This document shows positions 26,339 through 35,951 of a DNA stretch of 64,000 bases, one piece after another. The notes beneath the pieces were generated by a model, which saw nothing but the letters and a program-made list of their open reading frames with translations, searched no databases and was not told the DNA's origin. Made by a program: the position numbers and the translations under genes. Source of the stretch: a virus; the IMG/VR virus record IMGVR_UViG_3300016476_001599, positions 54,847-118,846 of that record; one strand, written 5' to 3'. Every line of letters starts with the position of its first letter. Position 1 is the stretch's first letter.

Positions 26339-28132
26339 ATGCAAGGACAAAACCGACTACGACCGCGTTCCAAGGCCGCCACAGCGAGAAATCTTCTTCC
26401 TCCTGATGATAACGGAGCCAATTCGCCGCGGAACAATCATTTCATCAACAAAAACGCCAAGAACGTCCGTCTTATTCAGCCTGATTGCTACAAGAAAGGC
26501 GGTCTGCTTTCAATTCGTATCTGGAACATGTTAAACCCAGAGAATCCGGTCGATCTGATGAACGGACGAACTTCGCAGTACGATACGGCGGGGTTGGAAG
26601 GTGTTTCGATTTCCGAGCCGGTGTTTGTATGCAGCTACGCAGGCGTGAACCGTAAAACTGATCGCATCATCGGCCACGATGAAAAGGATTGCAACCCGGT
26701 CAGCTACATCATTGCGAGAAGCAAGCAGCACGTCGTCGAAGGCGTCGATTTTTGGGAGGAGCCTTACGTTAAGTTTTGCAAGGTCGCCAAAGACGCGCAC
26801 CAAAGTGGACGATTTTCGCAAAACCGCAAGTGGGACCCGGACTGGAACTGTCTTTTGCCCGCCACGATGAACAAGGCTATTTCTCCTTGGAAGCAGCAGT
26901 ACTTCATCGTCGGATCGGTCTACAACAACGGCCCGAATTTGGATTTAATACGTGAGTATTCCAGTTACGAGAAAAACGGTAAGGTTGTTGAGAAAGAGGT
27001 CGCTCGTGACGGTGTTCCATTGGGTGATGCCGCAGAAGATCCGGTTCCGTTGATAACGGTGTCGGCAAGCGCTGGGCGTAAGCTTCTAGAGCTGATGGTC
27101 CGAACAAAAGAGAAGTTCCAAGGGGACCCGGACGTTGATCCTGCAGTGATGTACAAGTACGGCGACCCCTGCGGTAAATTTGACGCGGCCACACGCACTG
27201 TCAAAGGAGGTGTTTTCTTCCATCTTTTCAATCCGGATACGTTTGTACCGGACAAGACGGATCCTGTGCACAAGCAACTGGCAGGCAACACGACTTATGT
27301 TTTTGCGGCCAAACAGCCAGACGCCAAAAGTTCGAAACTGCAGAAGGGCGGCGAGCAGGTAACGCTTTACGAGGCTGCTGTAACCAACGGCATCAAGGGG
27401 CCAAAAGGCTTGGTGCTGCGACCTGATCTAAGCACGGAACAGGTCAACAACATCACGTCGAAACACCTTTTCTTCTGGAAGGACTCGGATCAGGATCCAG
27501 CGGATTCCTTTTTCCTGGCCGAGCCATCGATTGAAGAACGCTGTATTTGGATTGCTAACGCGTTCAAATTCGTTCCAAATTTGGTAAAACTCTGTTGGAT
27601 GAGCAACCCCGAGTACCTGGCATTTGACGCGGTTAAAGCCGTTTTGAACAATCGTACGCAGGTCGTTGTTCCGGATTACAATCCCGAGCCAGAGGAGGAG
27701 GACTTGCAGCCTACTCCTGTTGCGACACCGTCTAGTCGCAGCACAAGGCAGCCTAAAACGCAACCGGTTGAAGATGTTCCTTTTGAGGACTTTGACACTG
27801 TGGCAGATGCGACTGTTTCGCAGGTTTCGGTGGAAGATCCAGCCGGATTGGACGCGGAGGACCTGATGGATTCTTTCGAAAACGAAGGTGAAATCGAAGC
27901 CGAACTTGATGACCTTGAAGTCGGCGAGGGTGGTGAGATCGTCGAACAGTTTCAGCAGGTGGAAGATTTTGAAGACGAGGTTTCCTCGGACTTTGACATG
28001 CCATCTGACGGCGAGTCGGTCGAAACCGACGAAAACGAAGTTGACCCTTTCCAAGCTAGCGTCAACAAAAGCATGGCTGCGGCCAAGGCGATCTCCCGCT
28101 CCGCGTCGCGGGGATCGAAGCCTAAGGCCTAG
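26339..28132 (+). CDS. hypothetical protein with long acidic C-terminal tail; possible ssDNA-binding protein
   Basis: D/E-rich last ~130 aa; lies between Tmk and the RecA-like gene. Confidence 0.5.
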   Translation: MQGQNRLRPRSKAATARNLLPPDDNGANSPRNNHFINKNAKNVRLIQPDCYKKGGLLSIRIWNMLNPENPVDLMNGRTSQYDTAGLEGVSISEPVFVCSYAGVNRKTDRIIGHDEKDCNPVSYIIARSKQHVVEGVDFWEEPYVKFCKVAKDAHQSGRFSQNRKWDPDWNCLLPATMNKAISPWKQQYFIVGSVYNNGPNLDLIREYSSYEKNGKVVEKEVARDGVPLGDAAEDPVPLITVSASAGRKLLELMVRTKEKFQGDPDVDPAVMYKYGDPCGKFDAATRTVKGGVFFHLFNPDTFVPDKTDPVHKQLAGNTTYVFAAKQPDAKSSKLQKGGEQVTLYEAAVTNGIKGPKGLVLRPDLSTEQVNNITSKHLFFWKDSDQDPADSFFLAEPSIEERCIWIANAFKFVPNLVKLCWMSNPEYLAFDAVKAVLNNRTQVVVPDYNPEPEEEDLQPTPVATPSSRSTRQPKTQPVEDVPFEDFDTVADATVSQVSVEDPAGLDAEDLMDSFENEGEIEAELDDLEVGEGGEIVEQFQQVEDFEDEVSSDFDMPSDGESVETDENEVDPFQASVNKSMAAAKAISRSASRGSKPKA

Positions 28133-28156
28133 TTTACCAGTTTAGTTTTTTGCCTC

Positions 28157-28187
28157 GCGTAGCCGGTCAAGCCGGCTACGCTTTTTT
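28157..28187 (+). terminator. intrinsic terminator
   Basis: GCGTAGCCGG-tcaag-CCGGCTACGC followed by T6. Confidence 0.85.
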
Positions 28188-28196
28188 GGAGCTGTT

Positions 28197-29744
28197 ATGT
28201 CTGATTACGACGAGTTCATTGACGACCCTTTGGCCGAGCCTCCGGACGAGCCTAAACCTGAAACAAGCGAACCGTTGGGAGAGCTCGCGGCGGAACCCGG
28301 GGCAATCGCTAAGCCTGAAGAGGCGACGAGTACCCACAAGTCGCAGGCGTCAAAAAAGCCAGATAAAGCTAAAAGCGAAAAAAAGAAAGACATTAAAAAC
28401 GCAGTTAACCGTAAGGTCGCGGAGTCGAAACCGCAGCCAGTCGGCAAGATTGCGATTTTTCAAGACGATCGAAACTTGACTAAGGCCGGTAAAGCGGTTA
28501 TAGCCGACAAGTGGTCAGACGCAAATCGCGGAAAATCGCGAAACGGCATGATGGCCGCTTTTGCGGCTGCGGCGAAAGAAAAATTTGGTGCAACGAAGGT
28601 TTTCGGTAGCAAGCAAGATTTGGAGCAGCTTTGCGTGGGTATTCCGACTCCGTCATTGCCAATCGAGTACGTTATTGCAAACGATGTATTGCCGTTTGCC
28701 TTGATGATGCTCGCTGGAAGCTGGGGTTCGTGCAAAAGCTCATTGCTGTTTGAGTTCTTTCGTTGGGTTCATGAGTTGAATGGTCTTCCGTTTCACCTTG
28801 ACACGGAGCACAAGTTCGACGGCGATTTTGCGTGCCGCATTATGCGGCAAACGGAAGGTCCGTTGCCTTTTAATTCCAACCGGTGCAATTCCACGGAGGA
28901 GTGGCAGGCCATGTTCACTCACTATGTTTCCGAGGTCAAACGATTGCTTCGAGGTACTAAAGAAGAGCCTGGTCCCGGTGCAACCATTCCTGTCGCTATC
29001 GGCTTGGATTCGCTTGCGGCAAGCTTGTCGGAGGAAATTCAAGACAAGGTGATGGAAGAAGGTTATGCGAATCGGGCACACCCGGTTGACGCGTTGAAAA
29101 ATAAAAACTACCTGAATGCGATCATACCGAAGCTTGCCAATCATCCTTTCATGGTTTTCATTGTAAACCATTTGAAGACACGAAAGGACGATCGCGGTAT
29201 CGAGCACGCGTACACGTTAGGTGGCGGGAACGTGAACTTCCGAGAATCTATCGAGCTCCACATGTCCGTGTGGCGAAGTAAGTTCAAAAACGCTCAGTTT
29301 GAGGGCATAGGCGTGCGTATAGCCTGTGCAAAAAATTCTTTCGGGCCAACGCATCGCGCCATCAAGACTCGTTTCTTGTGGTGGTACGACGAGGATGAGG
29401 TTACTGGCGAACTTGTTCAGCGTGTGACCTGGGACTGGGATTGGGCTATATGCGATCTTCTGCAATCAGCGGAAGGCATCAATAAAAACCGGCTGAAGAA
29501 AGCTGACCTAGAGTTGAAGGTCAAATCTGCGGCGGCGGATATTGAGTGCATGGCTAACATGCGAGCGTTAGGCATGGGTAAGGACGAGTATTTGACTTGG
29601 CAGGAAGTGGGGAGAATGATCCACGAAAACGCAGAAGTTTCGCAGCGAATCCGCGAAGCTTTGGGTATTAAAATACGACCAAAGCTTGTGGACGGAATAT
29701 CGTTGCAAGACATCCAGGAAAAATACAGAAAGGCGGCTGAGTAG
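28197..29744 (+). CDS. RecA/UvsX-like recombinase
   Basis: GSWGSCKSS, LDTEH, IGLDSLAA, VNHLK, LGGG...F, KNSFG. Confidence 0.85.
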   Translation: MSDYDEFIDDPLAEPPDEPKPETSEPLGELAAEPGAIAKPEEATSTHKSQASKKPDKAKSEKKKDIKNAVNRKVAESKPQPVGKIAIFQDDRNLTKAGKAVIADKWSDANRGKSRNGMMAAFAAAAKEKFGATKVFGSKQDLEQLCVGIPTPSLPIEYVIANDVLPFALMMLAGSWGSCKSSLLFEFFRWVHELNGLPFHLDTEHKFDGDFACRIMRQTEGPLPFNSNRCNSTEEWQAMFTHYVSEVKRLLRGTKEEPGPGATIPVAIGLDSLAASLSEEIQDKVMEEGYANRAHPVDALKNKNYLNAIIPKLANHPFMVFIVNHLKTRKDDRGIEHAYTLGGGNVNFRESIELHMSVWRSKFKNAQFEGIGVRIACAKNSFGPTHRAIKTRFLWWYDEDEVTGELVQRVTWDWDWAICDLLQSAEGINKNRLKKADLELKVKSAAADIECMANMRALGMGKDEYLTWQEVGRMIHENAEVSQRIREALGIKIRPKLVDGISLQDIQEKYRKAAE

Positions 29745-30283
29745 TGTCAGACAAACCACAGCATCCAAACAACCCATTGTTGTCAAAGTTCCAAGCTATT
29801 GACTCTAAAGAAGTTACAAAGGCATCTTGGGAGCACAGTAGAGTAATGCACATTGTGCAGGTCATGGGTTACAAAAACCTGGTCTCGGATTTAAAACGTG
29901 TCTCACAGGGAAGCTTGTTCACCTTGGGGGATTTTGTTCAGGTGTGCGATGATTTTCCTGTGTATCTTTTCGCGGAGACGTTGAAAGGTAGTCCGCCTAT
30001 TCATCGGGATAACCGCTCGGTGCATCCGATATGGTTCAAATCTTTCACGTCCGTTCCTTTCGTCAAGGTTTATATTGAAAGAAGCAAGACGTTTCCGACA
30101 GATCGGCCCGTTGGCATGCTCTTTCCTAGGAGAGGTTTTCAACAGGGTATGATCATTCACGACGGCGATCCCGAGAGATTCTTGCCTCCGGGCTCAAGCT
30201 GTCACCTTTACAGGGGCGACGGCGGGACTACTATGATAGTTCAGCCCTTCACCGGCTTTTTGAACCATTTGAAAACGTTTTAG
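29744..30283 (+). CDS. hypothetical protein
   Basis: Coupled ORF after the recombinase. Confidence 0.7.
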   Translation: MSDKPQHPNNPLLSKFQAIDSKEVTKASWEHSRVMHIVQVMGYKNLVSDLKRVSQGSLFTLGDFVQVCDDFPVYLFAETLKGSPPIHRDNRSVHPIWFKSFTSVPFVKVYIERSKTFPTDRPVGMLFPRRGFQQGMIIHDGDPERFLPPGSSCHLYRGDGGTTMIVQPFTGFLNHLKTF

Positions 30284-30292
30284 GAGTAGGTT

Positions 30293-31078
30293 ATGACTTT
30301 GAATCTGTCGAAGAAAAGGCAGGCTGTTTTTAATTCAATGGCTGCGACCACGCAGGACATTGCGAAGAAGATCGGCGAGAAAGTTCTAGCGGCGGGAAAA
30401 GTCGGTGTTTTGCTTTATTACGACATAGGGCAGGCCATTGACCTTCTTTACAAGTCGGAAGACTTGGCTGACGCAGAAAAACGCAGTGAGATGCAAAAGT
30501 TGGCAGCTTTCCTGGGTAAGGACGGATTTAGCCTGACGCAGCTTACGGACTACCGTAACGTGGCTGTAACGTTTCCGCGGGAGTATTTGTTACAACAAGT
30601 CGCTGAACCTTTGGCCGATGGTAAATACCTGACTTTCGCGCATTTTCGCGAGCTTCAAAAGCTTTCAAATGAAAGTCGGCGAGAGTCATTGCTGGTTAAA
30701 GTACGGAAAAATTCGTTGTCGGCAAAAGAACTTTCTGTTGAAATTTCCAGCAAGAAAGAGGCGGACGTTAAGAGAAACGGCGGAAGGAAGCCGGGTATTC
30801 CGAAGTCGCCAAACGCCATGCTGCAGAAACTTATCAACAGCACGCAACAAACAGGAAACTACCTGCACGAGATGCTTGATCCGTTTTCGACGGCTGTTGC
30901 GGAAATTGAGGCGGACGCTTTCGACCCGGCTTTCGTGCAAAATCTTGACGCTGCCATTCTTAAGCTCGAGGAGACCGAGAAGGCTTTGGGTTCGGCGAGA
31001 GAAAAGCTTAAGACTGCTCGATCAAAGTCCGAGGCACACTTAAAGCCGATAGCGAAAGCGGCTAAGAAGTCTTCGTAA
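30293..31078 (+). CDS. DUF1016 (YhcG) N-terminal-like DNA-binding protein
   Basis: LYYDIG...GFSLTQLTDYRNVAVTFP...LTFAHFREL...SLSAKELSVEI. Confidence 0.6.
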   Translation: MTLNLSKKRQAVFNSMAATTQDIAKKIGEKVLAAGKVGVLLYYDIGQAIDLLYKSEDLADAEKRSEMQKLAAFLGKDGFSLTQLTDYRNVAVTFPREYLLQQVAEPLADGKYLTFAHFRELQKLSNESRRESLLVKVRKNSLSAKELSVEISSKKEADVKRNGGRKPGIPKSPNAMLQKLINSTQQTGNYLHEMLDPFSTAVAEIEADAFDPAFVQNLDAAILKLEETEKALGSAREKLKTARSKSEAHLKPIAKAAKKSS

Positions 31079-31082
31079 CGTA

Positions 31083-31901
31083 ATGTTTACGGTTTGCGTG
31101 TTGCTTTATGGCGACTACCCTGAACTGGCTAAGCGCGTGCTAGGGTCTATCTCTAGCACGCATTTAGTCGGCGAAGTTCGGCTGGGTCTTAACGCGGTTT
31201 CCGAAGCAACATTTTCTTTTGTGCGAGAATGGGCAACCGAGAAATCTTTTTCGGTTCCGGTGAAAACATATAGCCCGAGTGGCAACAAAAACGTTGGTAA
31301 GTACCCGTTGATGAGCCGCATGTTTGTTGACTTGCGTACTTCTCATGTTATGTGGTTTGACGACGATAGCTTTCTGCTTGATGCTACGCCAGGATGGTGG
31401 AAAAATGTATTTGACCGCGCTGCTTTATTCGATGTTTACGGGAGTTTGCATCGCATAAGCCAGCGCGGTAAGCAGTACTTGGCCATTCCGCAACAATCCT
31501 GGTTTGGCGGTAAACCTGTTTCTCCTCGACATGTGTACAATTTTGCGACGGGGGGCTGGTGGGTAGGAAGCGTTAGTTTTTTACGTAAGTGGGGCTACCC
31601 TTTTCCGCAGCTGCAACACAACGGAGGCGATTCCGTTCTGGGCGAGTTGGTACGGCAACAGGGTGCCAAGTTGGGTCACGCCAACACTTCAATTGCAGTT
31701 TGCTACTGCGAAGCTTGTGCCAAAGGCTTAAATCCGCTTCGATCGCGGCCTGTTGGTGGCGTTAACATCAACGTGGGCGGACGAGCTGGTAGACGCGGTA
31801 TCGGGGTTTCATCTGAGAACTACGTTTTCTCGGACGGCAACCCGTTCCCGTCTTTATTGCATCATTCTTTTGACGTGGAAGTGCTGAATTATGAGATTTG
31901 A
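31083..31901 (+). CDS. GT-A / family 2-like glycosyltransferase
   Basis: TVCVLLY, NVGK, VMWFDDDS (DxD), GGD. Confidence 0.75.
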   Translation: MFTVCVLLYGDYPELAKRVLGSISSTHLVGEVRLGLNAVSEATFSFVREWATEKSFSVPVKTYSPSGNKNVGKYPLMSRMFVDLRTSHVMWFDDDSFLLDATPGWWKNVFDRAALFDVYGSLHRISQRGKQYLAIPQQSWFGGKPVSPRHVYNFATGGWWVGSVSFLRKWGYPFPQLQHNGGDSVLGELVRQQGAKLGHANTSIAVCYCEACAKGLNPLRSRPVGGVNINVGGRAGRRGIGVSSENYVFSDGNPFPSLLHHSFDVEVLNYEI

Positions 31902-32448
31902 TATTGAACAGATGAAACCGGAAGACGGCTTCCATTCGCAGGTCGTTAACGGTGAGCTTGTTTTAGACTTGACCTACAAAGGCGAAAAAGTTTTTAGCGA
32001 GGTTGTTTCCGACGAGGACTGTTTCGAAGACGCTGGGGACTTTGCGGCGTCCCAACTCGATCGAATGCAGTTATTGTTGCAGTCGTTCGCGGACTTTTTC
32101 AACGCAGGAGGGTCTTTATCCGAGCTTAAAGACTGCAGTCGCGCGGCGGTGCAGGCTATACTTTCACGGGGAATATGTGACAAACCGGAGTCTCCCGTTT
32201 TGGACTACGGGGACTATGTTCACGTCGACACGCTAAAGAGCGATCACGTGATGTACACTTTTTTAAACGCGGAAACGGGACGCGAAGTAGCCTGGGAACG
32301 GTTTTATTTCATTGACCTGGACGCTAAATTTTTCGATGAAGGAGAGAGCCATGTCCGACTTGCCCCCGGTACCTTCGATGTCCATCCCGACAATTCTTGC
32401 GAAGCGGGACAAACTGACGGCAGCTCTGACCTCCTTCTTGGGGAGTGA
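31891..32448 (+). CDS. acidic hypothetical protein
   Basis: ORF overlapping both neighbours. Confidence 0.6.
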   Translation: MRFDIEQMKPEDGFHSQVVNGELVLDLTYKGEKVFSEVVSDEDCFEDAGDFAASQLDRMQLLLQSFADFFNAGGSLSELKDCSRAAVQAILSRGICDKPESPVLDYGDYVHVDTLKSDHVMYTFLNAETGREVAWERFYFIDLDAKFFDEGESHVRLAPGTFDVHPDNSCEAGQTDGSSDLLLGE

Positions 32449-33262
32449 ATTAAAGCAAGGCAAGTACGATGCTTTTGCCGATAAGCTATTGGAGGCGTTA
32501 CCGGACGGTATGCCGGCAAGTTCAGTCCGCAACAGCATAAAAAATCTCACGGGAAAAGTTCTAACAGATTCTCTGTTGCTTGAGCTCTGCTGGAGAATAG
32601 CTGCAAACGTAGACATGTTGTGGGTCGGCAAACCGGTTATCGACTGGACATTTCAAATGAAATTTGAATGGATACCAGCTTTTATCGAGGAGATTTACGT
32701 TGTAAAGCAGGATGGAAAGCTGAAGCACCGACTTATTTTTCAGTCGTTGGCGGGTTCTATTGTTCCGCACAAGTTGGTGCAGAACTGGTCGTTCGAAAAG
32801 ACCACTTACTTGGCGGTGTTTAAGGACAGTCGCGGACTTGGTTTCGGGTTCAATCGATCTAAGATCAACAAGCGAGGAGAGAACACCGCTAAGCGTCTTT
32901 TCTGGGATTACAGGCAGTGCGTAGGACTGAGGTGTTTTTTGCTACTTGACCCTGTCAAGTCTAAGGCCAGGAACGAGCCTGTTGCAACGGAAATCGGGCA
33001 CAATTCGTCCACAATGGCCTACAACAAAGAACTTATAAAAAAGCGAGACAGGGGTATCACCCCTTGCTTTTATCGCCTATCGGACGATATAGAATGCCAC
33101 AACTGTCCGTACGGTTCGGACAGATGCGAAATGGCAACGCACCCTAGAACCTACACCGTAGCGGTTTGCAAGCAGTGCGAAGTGCGTAGTTATCACGATT
33201 CCGGAGATAGACTGCACCCTGACGTTTGTGTAAACTGTGCGTCTTACAGGAGAAAACAATAA
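32351..33262 (+). CDS. hypothetical protein with C-terminal Zn-binding Cys clusters
   Basis: GGAGAG RBS; CHNC, CKQC and CVNC. Confidence 0.75.
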   Translation: MSDLPPVPSMSIPTILAKRDKLTAALTSFLGSELKQGKYDAFADKLLEALPDGMPASSVRNSIKNLTGKVLTDSLLLELCWRIAANVDMLWVGKPVIDWTFQMKFEWIPAFIEEIYVVKQDGKLKHRLIFQSLAGSIVPHKLVQNWSFEKTTYLAVFKDSRGLGFGFNRSKINKRGENTAKRLFWDYRQCVGLRCFLLLDPVKSKARNEPVATEIGHNSSTMAYNKELIKKRDRGITPCFYRLSDDIECHNCPYGSDRCEMATHPRTYTVAVCKQCEVRSYHDSGDRLHPDVCVNCASYRRKQ

Positions 33263-33264
33263 CA

Positions 33265-33768
33265 ATGCAAGCTAGAATGTCTAAAGGCGACGACCGGCTT
33301 TATAGTCCGGCAAGAGACGTTGCACATAATTTCAAGGAAGTCATGGAAACTGTTGCTGCCAGACTCGAGGACTCGGCGTGCTGGACGGAGCTCAGGGAAA
33401 TTTTGGCGCGGGAAAAGGTCACGGACAACGACTTGGGCGAGGCCTGTGCCGCTTATTGTCGGTATCTGGTATCCTCGGCTGAAGCGCCTAAGGTTCCGAT
33501 GGCCGCTGCGATCGAGCAGGCTGGGTTTTTCAAAACAAAGCCGGCGGCACAGGTTGCGGTCATGGCTATGATTGGCACCGTGTACGCCGGTATTCAACAT
33601 GTTGGCGTGAGAGAAGCGACACTGGGAGGCGTTGGCCCGCTGCAAGACGCGAAGTCTCTTGTGCGAGAAGCCGAGTCGCTAACGCGTTACATGCGTTATC
33701 CTCGATGGTTTAGAAAACCTTACCGGTTTTTCGTCAGGCTAAAAACGGCTTTAGCCGCTTCTTTTTAG
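33265..33768 (+). CDS. hypothetical protein
   Basis: AGGAG RBS. Confidence 0.7.
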   Translation: MQARMSKGDDRLYSPARDVAHNFKEVMETVAARLEDSACWTELREILAREKVTDNDLGEACAAYCRYLVSSAEAPKVPMAAAIEQAGFFKTKPAAQVAVMAMIGTVYAGIQHVGVREATLGGVGPLQDAKSLVREAESLTRYMRYPRWFRKPYRFFVRLKTALAASF

Positions 33769-33782
33769 ACAAAGGTTGTCGT

Positions 33783-34763
33783 GTGATAGTAAACGAATGG
33801 AGTCCTCGGTTCAAGAAACAGTATGGCGGTCGATTTCCGCAGTCTTACCTCTGTTTTGACACCGAGTTTACAGGTAACAGTCAACAAAGCGACCTTGTGA
33901 TGGAGATCGGCCACGTTATTGTCGAGAATAACGTGGTCGTTGACCAGGGTAGTTTTGTGCTTAACTGGTACGCTGCTGACATAGATGCGGGGTGGTTAGA
34001 TTATAAGTTAAGCAGCCTTCGAAGCGTCATTGGGGCGAGTTGGCGTTTGAATGCGTCTCTTGTCAAGGAGAAGGGGCACGACCCGCTTAGAGTCCTTCGT
34101 TTTTATCATGACTTATTTGACGCTTGGAAAAAAAGAGGTCTACCGTTCGTTGCGCAAAATGGAGTATGGGCCGACGAGAAGATGATAAGAAGTAATTTCA
34201 AGCGTTTTCTCAACAAGAATTTTGAACTGCCGTCTTCGGGTTATTTCGACACAGGAGTTCTTTTTAAGGCAAACCGCGTTTGGGAGCCGGACAGCCCTTT
34301 TAAGGCGTATAAAAACATCGTGTTCCCGGTCGCGGGCGAGTCTTTGCGGGATTATTTCATACGAATAGCTGGCGTCAGGATTTCAGGTTTGAAATGGAAC
34401 ATGTCTGCCATACTCGACTTTTACAAGCTTACAGAGAAACACGCTATTGACGTCGGTCAGCTGCACGGAGCGGCTTTCGATGCAATGTGCGTGCATCACA
34501 TCATGCAGCATTATCGTTCTCTAGCAGTGGAAGAGACCGTCGGCGAGGCGGTAAGCGACGGGACGACTAAGCGAGATACGCCAGTGAATCCTTTTTCGGT
34601 GAAAGCGTTGGGGGAGATTGTCGAAAAGGAAATAACCAAAATTGAGATTGACTTGCAAGCTAAAAAGGTTGAAAGTTTATCGCCGCTGCCGACAATAAGC
34701 AGACCGGCTAGAAACACACCTGCCGTATCGCCTTCCCAGCGAAGAAAGCAAAGGCCAGTTTGA
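33783..34763 (+). CDS. DEDDh (DnaQ-like) 3'-5' exonuclease
   Basis: FDTEFTG, AQNGVWAD, FDT, LHGAAFDA. Confidence 0.85.
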   Translation: MIVNEWSPRFKKQYGGRFPQSYLCFDTEFTGNSQQSDLVMEIGHVIVENNVVVDQGSFVLNWYAADIDAGWLDYKLSSLRSVIGASWRLNASLVKEKGHDPLRVLRFYHDLFDAWKKRGLPFVAQNGVWADEKMIRSNFKRFLNKNFELPSSGYFDTGVLFKANRVWEPDSPFKAYKNIVFPVAGESLRDYFIRIAGVRISGLKWNMSAILDFYKLTEKHAIDVGQLHGAAFDAMCVHHIMQHYRSLAVEETVGEAVSDGTTKRDTPVNPFSVKALGEIVEKEITKIEIDLQAKKVESLSPLPTISRPARNTPAVSPSQRRKQRPV

Positions 34764-35230
34764 TGTCTGAAGAGTATCAGTTTTATGTACCGCAGGACAA
34801 GCTTGCGGACTATAGGGTTAAACACGCCCCCGCGGCTTGTCCTATTCTCGGCATGACAGGTGAAAAATTTCACCCGGTAGTTGACCACGATCACGCGTCC
34901 GGCAGAATACGTGGCGTTATTTCGCTGGAGGTTAACCTCTTGATAGGCAAGGCGGAGAATTTTTATCGAAGCCGATGTGTGAACAGTTCGGTTTCGTTGC
35001 CGGATGCTTTACGGCTTATCGCGGATTACTTGGAGGCGGCACAGGGTCCGTATCACCCAGTTGGTATCCGGCAGGTTGCCAAGCGTTTCGGTCGCTTGCC
35101 GAAGAAAGAACAAATTGATACTCTTCTTTCCATGGGGGTTGCAACGAGCCAAATCGAGGCTTGTAAGAGTGCGGCTAAAAGACAAGCTCTGTGGCGTAAA
35201 TCGGTAGTTGCCGGAAGGGGAGTAGGCTGA
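34760..35230 (+). CDS. endonuclease VII-like (Holliday junction resolvase family)
   Basis: CPILG...VVDHDHASGRIRGVI...VNLLIGKAEN...LRLIADYLE. Confidence 0.85.
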   Translation: MMSEEYQFYVPQDKLADYRVKHAPAACPILGMTGEKFHPVVDHDHASGRIRGVISLEVNLLIGKAENFYRSRCVNSSVSLPDALRLIADYLEAAQGPYHPVGIRQVAKRFGRLPKKEQIDTLLSMGVATSQIEACKSAAKRQALWRKSVVAGRGVG

Positions 35231-35949
35231 TGTTGATTTTCGTAAATTGGAGTGACACGAGCCATGTTATCAAGTGGTGGGAGCAGAAACTTTCGCACGT
35301 AGATGCACTTCCTAAGGAAGACAGAGCCACTTACATGGCGGACGCTGTGGCCGCCAGCCCGGAATTTCAGGTTTTGCTCAAACAGTGTGACGAGCCTTTT
35401 AAATCGCTCGATCAGCTCCGCAGCGAAGACCCTTTTAATTATTCGCTTATGGCTGTGCGATTCACTGTACCGTCGCTGCAAAAGTCAGCCAAGTACAGCC
35501 TTTCTAACCGGATGCCTGGGTTTCCGGACGCTAAGCCGCCAGTCAGCTTAGCCTGCAAATCCTTTTTGTCGGCCACGCTCAAGGACTTTTTCTTTCAATA
35601 TTTGAAACCCAAAGCTGAAAACAATTTTACGTTTGTGAGTTTTGCGAGCGAAGTAGATTTTTTTCAGTTACTTGTGAACGCGTGCGCTGTCTTGGACAGT
35701 CCCATACCGCAAGGCATAGCCGCCTTTTCCAGGTGCAATCACATACGCATGGATGAGACCGAGGCTTTGCAGCTGGTTAAAACTTACGTGCGTTTGAACT
35801 GCTCTAAGCTGCAACAGGCGGGTACGCTTGCCACGCACGAAGAGTTGGTTAAAAGCTACCAGCCGGGTGTTAGCGTGGACACGTCGAGCTTGTTGCTACT
35901 TACCGCGGCGAACATACAAGGTATTACAGAAATGGAGCCTTCAAGCTAG
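35230..35949 (+). CDS. hypothetical protein
   Basis: TGATG overlap. Confidence 0.7.
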   Translation: MLIFVNWSDTSHVIKWWEQKLSHVDALPKEDRATYMADAVAASPEFQVLLKQCDEPFKSLDQLRSEDPFNYSLMAVRFTVPSLQKSAKYSLSNRMPGFPDAKPPVSLACKSFLSATLKDFFFQYLKPKAENNFTFVSFASEVDFFQLLVNACAVLDSPIPQGIAAFSRCNHIRMDETEALQLVKTYVRLNCSKLQQAGTLATHEELVKSYQPGVSVDTSSLLLLTAANIQGITEMEPSS

Positions 35950-35951
35950 TC

